The position numbers were made by a program, and so were the translations under genes. From IMG/VR virus record IMGVR_UViG_3300044646_000955, positions 1-57,747 of that record: a stretch of 57,747 bases of DNA. One strand, written 5' to 3'. Shown in pieces: positions 35,926-43,554 of this stretch. The notes under the pieces were generated by a model. It made no database searches, was not told the origin of the DNA, and saw nothing but the letters and a program-made list of their open reading frames with translations. Source of the stretch: a virus (Duplodnaviria > Caudoviricetes). The first letter of the stretch is position 1, and each line of letters opens with the position of its first letter.

Positions 35926-37247
35926 GGTTGCTGCTCTCCTGGTTGGGTCCGGCGCCAGCCGGACGGTGTCTGGACTGCGAGCCCGTCGTCGGCCAGCGCG
36001 CGCAGCACCGGCAGGACGGTCGTGGCTCCTCGCCCGCAGGCGTCGGCAATCGCTCGCTTGCCTTGCGGGTGATCGGTGAGCGCAGCCAGGACTAGCGCCC
36101 TGGTTGCGGCTCGACGGTCGGCGTCATCGACGGCAGGGGTCGGACCGGCCGTGAGCTGGGAGGCGACCGGGTCGGCGGCCAATCGCCGACCCTCGGCACC
36201 GACCCGCGCCGGGTAGGCCGTAGCGGCGCCGTCGGGGAGGTGCCACATGCGCGCCCGGAGCCACTGACTCGACCCCATCGGCTGCAAGGCGAGCATCCCG
36301 GCATGCTCCGGGAAGTCGGCCGGCGACCACCGATGGCGGCTCGGGAGACCCGGATCGGCGGCCATGAATCCCCACTCACTCGGCGACCCGATGCGCATGC
36401 ACACGCGTTGCATTGCCTGCGATCGTGGCGCGCCCGGAACGAACTCATTCGTCCCTCGTTGCGCGCCGATCACGAGCGAAATGCCAGCCGATCGCCACAG
36501 TGAGAACGCCCGCTGCCACGTCTTGTCGGCCTCGCTGCGGCTCACGTTGCGCGCATGAGCGAGGTCGTCCCGGGCGATCGCAAACTCGTCGACGATGACG
36601 ACGATCGGTCGCCGTTGCGCGATCGGTTGCCCGGCTCGCTGGTCGGCGATCGCGCTCAAGTCGGCCATCATTGCGGCGAGGTCGTCCGGTGTCGTCACGA
36701 GTCGATCGAGCGCAAGCCCGCCGTAGTCCTCGCCGCGTTTACCGGTCTCGGCTACCCACACGTCGCCGTCACTGACGCCACCGAGCGCAGCGGCGACGTA
36801 GCGCAGAAGCGTTGACTTGCCGGAGCCGGTCGAACCCACGAGGAGCGTGTGCCCGCCGGTCCAGCGCAGCACGGCATCGCTGCCGTCCTCGCATCGGCCG
36901 ATCACGGTGCCCTGGTGGACGCTGGAACGCCGCTCGAGCGCATCGAGCCCGCCGGTGATCGGCTTGCCGAGCGGATCGACGACCCGTTGCTCGATGACGA
37001 GTACGCCCGGATGCGCGCCGTGCCGCACCCGCACGTCGTGCGCGCCCACCGAGCAACCGAGGCGCGCGCCAAGGTAGGCGGCGATGCTTGCCTCGTCGGC
37101 GTGCGCGACCTGCCCGAGCGGGGCCACCGCAACCCATCGACGCGCCTCCGGCGTGCGTCGGAACTCGGATAAGGCGAGCACGTCGAGCCCTCGGACGTGC
37201 GCCTGCATGTCGCTCCATGCGGCCCGCTGGCGCGCCGTCAAAGTCAT
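35922..37247 (-). CDS. FtsK/SpoIIIE (TraB-like) ATPase with C-terminal HTH
   Basis: HTLLVGSTGSGKST, VVIVDEF, RSAGISLVIGAQR. Confidence 0.85.
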   Translation of the reverse strand: MTLTARQRAAWSDMQAHVRGLDVLALSEFRRTPEARRWVAVAPLGQVAHADEASIAAYLGARLGCSVGAHDVRVRHGAHPGVLVIEQRVVDPLGKPITGGLDALERRSSVHQGTVIGRCEDGSDAVLRWTGGHTLLVGSTGSGKSTLLRYVAAALGGVSDGDVWVAETGKRGEDYGGLALDRLVTTPDDLAAMMADLSAIADQRAGQPIAQRRPIVVIVDEFAIARDDLAHARNVSRSEADKTWQRAFSLWRSAGISLVIGAQRGTNEFVPGAPRSQAMQRVCMRIGSPSEWGFMAADPGLPSRHRWSPADFPEHAGMLALQPMGSSQWLRARMWHLPDGAATAYPARVGAEGRRLAADPVASQLTAGPTPAVDDADRRAATRALVLAALTDHPQGKRAIADACGRGATTVLPVLRALADDGLAVQTPSGWRRTQPGEQQP

Positions 37248-37441
37248 TGCTGCGCCGCCTCCACGCCATTGAAGAACTGCGCCGCCTCCACGCCGTCGAA
37301 GAACCCCTGATGGTACGGACACCAGTTTCGGCGTTGTTGCTTGACGTGGCACCCGCATGACCACCATTCCCAGCCGTTGCCTCCCGGTTCGATCGTGAAG
37401 TGCCTGCGAACGTCTGCGATCGTCAGCTCGAACGGGCTCAC
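37244..37441 (-). CDS. Hypothetical protein
   Basis: GGAGG RBS; coupled. Confidence 0.5.
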   Translation of the reverse strand: MSPFELTIADVRRHFTIEPGGNGWEWWSCGCHVKQQRRNWCPYHQGFFDGVEAAQFFNGVEAAQQ

Positions 37442-37872
37442 GACCTCGGCCCTCCGATGTTGATCGAGGCGACGTTGATGACGACCTGGCGGCGTCGATG
37501 TGCGCCGCTGCGACCGTCGACGACGGCGACCGGCTCGTCGCACCATGCGCACAACTGCTCGCCGGTTGCGGTGCGGATCGGCGCCCGGCCGACTCCTCGG
37601 CAGGCGTCACGCTCACGTCGAGCGCGTCGGCTCACGCCGGTCGACGGCGTCCCACCGTCAACGGGTGCGGCATCGGCAATCGGCGTTGCGCTCGGCCCGC
37701 CGAGGGTCGGCGTGGCGTCGCGCCGGGCGAGCCGGTCGAGCGCAGCGCGCACGCGCCCGGTGACCGATCCGCCCGGCAGGCGAGGGGTGATCTCGGATGA
37801 CAACTCCCACGGGGCGAGGGAGAGTGGAGACGTTGCGATGAGGTCGGCCGGGTCGGGTGCAGGCCAGGTCAT
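37438..37872 (-). CDS. Hypothetical protein
   Basis: GGAGG RBS; ATGA coupling. Confidence 0.5.
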   Translation of the reverse strand: MTWPAPDPADLIATSPLSLAPWELSSEITPRLPGGSVTGRVRAALDRLARRDATPTLGGPSATPIADAAPVDGGTPSTGVSRRARRERDACRGVGRAPIRTATGEQLCAWCDEPVAVVDGRSGAHRRRQVVINVASINIGGPRS

Positions 37873-38387
37873 CGCCACGCCTCCGCGTAGCTCGGGCATC
37901 CTCGTGCAACGAGCGCCTGGTCTTTGACGCTCAACAACTCAGCCCGCCGGTCGTCGCGTCGAAGCGCGCAGACCCATCGATCTTTGGCGGCTTGCGGCTT
38001 GTCGTTGCGCCATGCGCCGTTGCCGGTTGGCGGCGTCCGAAGGCGGTGCCACGTCGGCGCCCATTGCCAGTTACACGCACGATAGAGCGCGCCGGTGTGT
38101 CCGGCGGACGGGTCGCTGTAGGACACGATCGTGGTGACGTCTAGCCGGTCTCGCAAGAGCGCCAGACGAACTCGGCGCCATTGCTGCGAGCCGCCGTTGC
38201 GTTGACCAACCAGACACCAGCGGACGAGTTCTAGCCACGTGCCGTCCTGCGGGAGCCTTCGTGAGGTCGGCTTGGCGAGGACCAGCACGCCGAATTCGTC
38301 GCTCCACGCAATGCCTCGGCCAGTCGCGCCGAGGTAGTGGTACGCATCGAGGAAGGGAGCCACGGTCCTCGGCGGCGTCCAGGTCAT
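37869..38387 (-). CDS. Mom-like DNA modification protein (GNAT fold)
   Basis: HYLG, LELVRW, IVSYSDPSAGHTGALYRACNW signature. Confidence 0.75.
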   Translation of the reverse strand: MTWTPPRTVAPFLDAYHYLGATGRGIAWSDEFGVLVLAKPTSRRLPQDGTWLELVRWCLVGQRNGGSQQWRRVRLALLRDRLDVTTIVSYSDPSAGHTGALYRACNWQWAPTWHRLRTPPTGNGAWRNDKPQAAKDRWVCALRRDDRRAELLSVKDQALVARGCPSYAEAWR

Positions 38388-38860
38388 CGCCACGCCTCGG
38401 CAGCGTCGGCGGCGTCGTGGCGCGCATCACGCTCGGCTCGGCGGGTGGCACGCCGGTCGATTCTCGGCGCCCGTTGCGCGCCGGGCGTCCGGTCGCCGAC
38501 CCGCCAGGCGATGACGGCGAGCGCTGCGGCGAGCAACACGAGGTGCCATCCGACGCCGATGAGGTGCGCCGCACCGGTTGCGATCGAGGCGCATCCGGCG
38601 AGCTGCCAGCGGTCCCGGCGTGCCCGGTCGGCGATCTCGACGGCGGTGCCGGTGACGGCGAGTCCGGCGGCGACCTGCACGGCTGCGATCCACGCGTGCG
38701 GCTGGATCAGTCCCCAGGCGAGGAGGAAGACGGACCAGGTCCACGGCCACCGGTCGGCGACGAAGAGGCGACGGAGTCGGGTCACGTGGGTTATCTTATT
38801 CGTTGTTACTGTCCAGTTGTCAACTGTCCAGGGGGCTTCTTTGCGCGACCTAATCAGCAC
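38384..38860 (-). CDS. Multi-pass membrane protein (start probably near 38790)
   Basis: Several hydrophobic segments. Confidence 0.6.
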   Translation of the reverse strand: MLIRSRKEAPWTVDNWTVTTNKITHVTRLRRLFVADRWPWTWSVFLLAWGLIQPHAWIAAVQVAAGLAVTGTAVEIADRARRDRWQLAGCASIATGAAHLIGVGWHLVLLAAALAVIAWRVGDRTPGAQRAPRIDRRATRRAERDARHDAADAAEAWR

Positions 38861-39116
38861 GGATGAGGTCGCCGAGGCGCTCGGCGTTGGCCGATCGCGT
38901 GTTTGGCAGCTTGCAGAGACTCGCGACTTCCCGCGCCCCGCATGGCGTGGACGGGTTGAGGTCGCATGGGAGCGCGAAGAGATCCTTAGGTGGGCTCAAG
39001 AGCACGGCTATCCTCGCTCTCGTCCAGGCCCGAAAAAGGCGGAAGACCCCCCGGAACACCACGAAACGGGGGGCCTTCCTGCGTCGGGCCCCGATGAGCG
39101 ACGGGGTTGCTCCTGA
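38841..39116 (+). CDS. AlpA/excisionase-like HTH protein
   Basis: LISTDEVAEALGVGRSRVWQL...FPRP...W.REEI.RW. Confidence 0.75.
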   Translation: MRDLISTDEVAEALGVGRSRVWQLAETRDFPRPAWRGRVEVAWEREEILRWAQEHGYPRSRPGPKKAEDPPEHHETGGLPASGPDERRGCS

Positions 39117-39153
39117 CGTGCTTGACATCCTATCGCACCTTTCGGCGCCTTGG

Positions 39154-39408
39154 TCAATCCGTCGTCTGCTCCCCGTAGTTCGGCTGGAGGGATGAGCCGA
39201 ACAGGACGCGCCCGACGGCGGGGAAGCGAGACTCGATCTCTCGACCGAGCCGGTACACCACGCCTGCGATGACCGGCAGCACGAGGAGCACGACTTGCCA
39301 GTCATCATCCGAGATGTCGAGCCCGAGGCGAGCCACGAGCCACACGGCTGCCGTGGTCCAGATCGTAGGCACGGCGGTGCGGATGGTTGCGGTAGTGATG
39401 GGCTTCAT
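39154..39408 (-). CDS. Putative holin
   Basis: Two TM segments; IRTAVP...VYRL.R.IE..FP..G pattern; AAGGAG RBS. Confidence 0.55.
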   Translation of the reverse strand: MKPITTATIRTAVPTIWTTAAVWLVARLGLDISDDDWQVVLLVLPVIAGVVYRLGREIESRFPAVGRVLFGSSLQPNYGEQTTD

Positions 39409-39418
39409 GGGGGGCTCC

Positions 39419-40981
39419 TTAGTGCGCCTTGAGGATGACATTCACGCCGAGATGGCGGGGGCGAGTGGTCACGGCCGAACCGGAACCGGTTGACCCGGAG
39501 GTGCCGGTAAAGTTCGGGAGATCCACAGAGTGAGTGTGGTTAGCGGTCTCGCTGCCGAGAGTGATGCCCGTGTTTGATCCTCCGGTGTTGACGCCCTGCG
39601 CGTACGCTTGCGACCCCGCTCCGTCGGCGTCGTAATCGAGACGGAGCCCAGGACCTCCAGTCCCTGCGTTCGCCGTGACGAACTGAGAGTGGGAGTGCGT
39701 GGGGTCGCTAACGGCGTGAGTGTGGTTCACGCTCTGCGTCGTTGAGGTCGTCGCCGGGTGGTCGTGATCGATTGAATGCGTGTGAGCGGGCATGTTTGCC
39801 GTCAAGAGCGTGACCGTCATGGCTCCGCCCGTCACCCCGAGCGCAGCGGCAGAACCGCCCGTTTGCGCCAGTACGGCGTCGCTGAGATCCGGGATCACGA
39901 GGCTAGTGCCGGACTTCCAGAGGGCGGGGGCGATCGCCCAGAGGGACGGGTAAAGGGTGTTGGCGTTCGCTACCGTCTGATTGTGGAGCAGCCACCCGGT
40001 CGGCGCCGATGACCCGATGTAGGGCATGAGGGCGCCAGCGGGCACGAGGAGGCTTTGCACGGCGGAGGCGAGGTCAGCGAGGGCGATGGTGCCGTCAACG
40101 ATCTTCGAGGAGTCAACCGAGTTTGCCGCGAGCTTCGAGTTATCCACGGCGAGAGCCTGGATCTTCGAGGTGGTCACGCTGTCGGTTGCGAGCTTCGTGG
40201 CGTCGACCGCAAGCGCTTGGATGTTTGCAGTGGCTACGGCGTCCGTTGCGAGCTTCGAGTTATCCACGGCAAGCGCCGCAATCTTTGCGGTGGTCACCGA
40301 GCTTGTCGCGAGTTTCGCTGCCGTGATGGACAAATCCGCGATGCCGGTCGTGCTCACCTGCGCCCACCCGACGCTCGTGGCCCCGGCAACGAGCGGGAAC
40401 CCGGAGGTCCCGAGCGGCACGCGAATAGCGTTCGTGCCGTCGTAGGAGAGCAGGTCTCCGGCGTTGGTGAGGGTGTTCGAGAAGGCGGTGAGCGACTGCG
40501 GTCGAACGTCCGTGATGTTCGCCGTCACCACTGTCGTATCGCCGACGGTGCGGAGAACCCTGGCGAGAGCGATGGCGCTCGTCGGCGTCGCCGGAGGGGT
40601 CGGCGAGGCTGCGGCGACGCCCGTGACGTAGGTAAAGGTGGCATTGTTCCCCGCCGGGCCGCCTGCGGCAGTGTCGTTGATCCGCAGGCACACGAGATCG
40701 ATTCGCGAGTTGGCAACGGGAGCGGCGGTAGCGGCGAGGTTCACGGTCGCCCGGTTGCGAACGAGGTACTTCCCCTGGTCTGCCGTATCGTCGCCCGTGA
40801 TGCACGCATACCCGGCGGCGATGTCCACGCTGTTGTCTGCCCCGGCTCCGCGTTGCGACACGAGGAGTTGCCCGGCCCCCACCTGCATGACGCCCTCGCT
40901 GAAGAGGACGTCGGTGAAGATCCGGTCAAGGCGCGCCGAGTAAGTCCCGTTCTGTAGCCAGGTCGGCGTATCTAGTGACAC
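39419..40981 (-). CDS. Tail fibre-like minor tail protein with tail-collar-like domain
   Basis: RIDLVC, (A/S)V...K(I/L)A repeats, PAGALMPY.GSSAPTGWLL, HTH/HSH repeats. Confidence 0.75.
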   Translation of the reverse strand: MSLDTPTWLQNGTYSARLDRIFTDVLFSEGVMQVGAGQLLVSQRGAGADNSVDIAAGYACITGDDTADQGKYLVRNRATVNLAATAAPVANSRIDLVCLRINDTAAGGPAGNNATFTYVTGVAAASPTPPATPTSAIALARVLRTVGDTTVVTANITDVRPQSLTAFSNTLTNAGDLLSYDGTNAIRVPLGTSGFPLVAGATSVGWAQVSTTGIADLSITAAKLATSSVTTAKIAALAVDNSKLATDAVATANIQALAVDATKLATDSVTTSKIQALAVDNSKLAANSVDSSKIVDGTIALADLASAVQSLLVPAGALMPYIGSSAPTGWLLHNQTVANANTLYPSLWAIAPALWKSGTSLVIPDLSDAVLAQTGGSAAALGVTGGAMTVTLLTANMPAHTHSIDHDHPATTSTTQSVNHTHAVSDPTHSHSQFVTANAGTGGPGLRLDYDADGAGSQAYAQGVNTGGSNTGITLGSETANHTHSVDLPNFTGTSGSTGSGSAVTTRPRHLGVNVILKAH

Positions 40982-41051
40982 GAGGCGATCCTAGCCTTCG
41001 AGGGTCGTCTCGGGCCTCCCGAAGAAACTTCTAGAAAGTTCTTGCTGGGGC

Positions 41052-41085
41052 TTGACGTCGTGCCGGGATCGTGTATACTAACCAC
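41052..41085 (+). promoter_or_regulatory. Class-1 promoter, antisense to tail operon
   Basis: TTGACG-TCGTGCCGGGATCGTG-TATACT. Confidence 0.85.
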
Positions 41086-41207
41086 CAGAAGCGGTACCAT
41101 GCTCAGGTCGAGCCCCTAGTGCAAAAGACACTCTAGGGTTGCCGCGGTGGGTGAGAAGCCCACGAAAGAACCGAGGGGACCGGCACCGACGGGTGCCGGT
41201 CCCCTTT
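41086..41207 (+). ncRNA. Candidate ~120-nt structured RNA
   Basis: No ATG at +1; only a 6-codon ORF inside; multiple stems; terminator 41173-41207. Confidence 0.55.
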
Positions 41208-41220
41208 GGCGTTGGGGCCT

Positions 41221-41643
41221 CTAGGTGGTCGTGGAGAACCGGGCGTCGATCGAGAACCACACGGCCGATCCGACCATCGGCGTGACGACTCCGGCGGCCG
41301 TAACCGACATCTGGCCATAGGCGCCGTTGCTCGCTTGCGCTCCGTAGAGCGTCGCCGGGGGGCGGAACCCAGCCGGGAGCGTGAAGGCGGCGAGCCCGAT
41401 GGTGCCGCCCGCTATGACGCCTCGGAGTTGGACTTCATCCCCGACGCGCCGGTACTGCGCGACCTGCGCCGGGGCCCCGAGGTTCGCCCATCCACCGGCG
41501 AAGGCGACAGCGGTCCATGTCGTCGGATCGAGCGGGAAGAGGTGCCGATGAGCAAGTAGCTCCACGACTGTTAACCGGGCCCGAAGGTCCGATAGGACGC
41601 TGGCTAGCTCATCAATGGGCCCGGTAGTCGCGCGAGGGATCAC
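41221..41643 (-). CDS. Minor tail protein
   Basis: VQLRG...FTLPAGFRP motif. Confidence 0.7.
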   Translation of the reverse strand: MIPRATTGPIDELASVLSDLRARLTVVELLAHRHLFPLDPTTWTAVAFAGGWANLGAPAQVAQYRRVGDEVQLRGVIAGGTIGLAAFTLPAGFRPPATLYGAQASNGAYGQMSVTAAGVVTPMVGSAVWFSIDARFSTTT

Positions 41644-42677
41644 GGAAGCTCCACGGCGGTAATCACTACTGTGAGGGCGCCGTCCGCTGATTGCGTGACG
41701 TTGCGCGAGATAACCTGCGCCTGGACAGTCGGAGCCGGAGTGCCGACCGGGTAGACCGTTGATCGTGGCTGCACGATCGTGAAGATCGTCCCTAGCTGGT
41801 ACTCGGCGTCGGCAAAGTAGCGGGTCGGCTCCATCTCTATCCGCCACGTCGACACCGGTGAGATGGACTGCTCAAGGAGCCCGTTCCCTAGCTCGACTAG
41901 CTGCGCCTGCGCCTTGACTGCCGACAAGGACGCGAGGCGCTCCCATCTGCCCCGGGTATCCGTCGGGAGCCCCGCCGCCTCTGAGATCACGGGCGTAGTG
42001 GAAGACGAGTCGCCCGTGGCAATAGACACGTTGCCGAAGCGTTCCGCCGACGAGGGGCGCGCCATAGATCGCGCCACTACTCCTAGTTCGCACGGCATGG
42101 TGGCGACCGGATACAGGGCCGCCTGCGAGATCTCTAGCTGGAGTGACGCGTTGATGTTCCACGTGAAACCATTCGCGATCTGCGTCATCTCAACGATGGC
42201 GTCGAAGATGTTCTGCCCGACGACATAGGTCCGGTCTCGGTTTACAACCGGGCCCGCCGACCCAAGGGTTATCCCGAGCGATCCGTTGGTTGCCGCCTGC
42301 GCGTGCTGCACGAGATTCCATGCGATCGTGCCCTGCGATGTCGCCACGTAGCTCAAGGGCGAGCGGACGTGGCGAGACTTGAGGAGTCGGCGGTAACAGG
42401 CCGCCGAGACCGTGAGGATGTCCTCACCGTCGGGCCCCCACTGCTGGCTCGTGTTCACGATCCGGAACCGCTGGTAAAGCGCCGAGCCTCGGTAGAGCCA
42501 GACGTCGGTCGCTAGCTCGTCGATGGCTTGAGCCGCCACGGAGTTCCCACGAATGTCGAACGAGATCGCGCAGCCGTCGTCAAGGTTGTTGTCTAAGGAC
42601 CACTGGCCGAAGTCGATGACCTCTTGAACCGGGCCCGTAGATGGCAGTCCTACGGCGAGCGAGAAGTAAGGCGCCAC
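41640..42677 (-). CDS. Minor tail / baseplate hub protein
   Basis: Position after distal tail protein. Confidence 0.65.
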   Translation of the reverse strand: MAPYFSLAVGLPSTGPVQEVIDFGQWSLDNNLDDGCAISFDIRGNSVAAQAIDELATDVWLYRGSALYQRFRIVNTSQQWGPDGEDILTVSAACYRRLLKSRHVRSPLSYVATSQGTIAWNLVQHAQAATNGSLGITLGSAGPVVNRDRTYVVGQNIFDAIVEMTQIANGFTWNINASLQLEISQAALYPVATMPCELGVVARSMARPSSAERFGNVSIATGDSSSTTPVISEAAGLPTDTRGRWERLASLSAVKAQAQLVELGNGLLEQSISPVSTWRIEMEPTRYFADAEYQLGTIFTIVQPRSTVYPVGTPAPTVQAQVISRNVTQSADGALTVVITAVELP

Positions 42678-42678
42678 G

Positions 42679-43554
42679 TTAGAGCCAGTAGTCGTAGTAG
42701 CAGAGGGTTAGCGACGAGTCGTCGCCCGGGTCCAGGATGTATTGCACGACGTTGTTGCCCGGCTGAAGGAGCAGGTCGTCCCAAGTCCAATCAAAGAAGT
42801 TCGTGCGGTTATAGGCAGGGGTCAAGGGGTCATTGTTGAGCAGGATCGTCCGGTTGCGCGTGTCGATATTGAGCGTCTGCGACCCGACAAGTGACACCCC
42901 TCCGTTCTGATCGAACGTCATATCCACCCCGTTGATCCGGACCGTCGGGTCCGTGGTCGTGGACGTAAGGACGGCCGTCCAGTGGGCGGGAGCGTTGCCC
43001 ACGTTCGTGATGGTGCCGGTGGAAGTGCTGCCCGTCGAGCTATAGACGCGGTTGAACACGAGGTTATAGGTGCGCCCCGTGACCGCCCCCGCCTCGAAGA
43101 GCACGCAATGCTGGTTCGCCCCCTGGACGAAGGAGTCCGTGCTCACCCACGAGCACACGATGCGTTGGTAGGACGGGCCGTCAATGACTACCGGAGCGTC
43201 AATGCCTCTTAGCTCGAGCGACCGGAGGGCAGTGGGATCTCCGGCTAGCGCGTAGGTGAGGATCGGGCGGCGACGCGGCGACAGGAAGGGCATGAGAGCA
43301 TCGAGCGCCGCCTGAGTGGCGGTGGGAGTTGCGATGCGAAGCGTGAGAGTCACGGCGCGCGAGCCGAGGTACCTCGACTCGTCAAACACCCCGTCGGCGA
43401 GGGCTCTCGACCGGACAACCGGGCGCGCGCCGGGGAACCCGATCTGTAGCTGCTCAAGGCTCCATCCCTGCTCGCACACGAGCGGGAAGGCGGCGAGCCC
43501 CGTGGCGGTAAGGGTGGCCGACCCGGTTGCCGGGGGGAGGAGGCAGATGGTCAC
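42679..43554 (-). CDS. Distal tail protein
   Basis: After tape measure; ITNVGNAPA, LQPGNN. Confidence 0.7.
   Translation of the reverse strand: MTICLLPPATGSATLTATGLAAFPLVCEQGWSLEQLQIGFPGARPVVRSRALADGVFDESRYLGSRAVTLTLRIATPTATQAALDALMPFLSPRRRPILTYALAGDPTALRSLELRGIDAPVVIDGPSYQRIVCSWVSTDSFVQGANQHCVLFEAGAVTGRTYNLVFNRVYSSTGSTSTGTITNVGNAPAHWTAVLTSTTTDPTVRINGVDMTFDQNGGVSLVGSQTLNIDTRNRTILLNNDPLTPAYNRTNFFDWTWDDLLLQPGNNVVQYILDPGDDSSLTLCYYDYWL

Noticed and set aside
41086-41160. Canonical tRNA gene
   Set aside because: No T arm, 13-nt loop in place of a 7-nt anticodon loop, no CCA; kept only as a candidate ncRNA
41140-41175. Hammerhead ribozyme (stem followed by GAAA)
   Set aside because: No CUGANGA core
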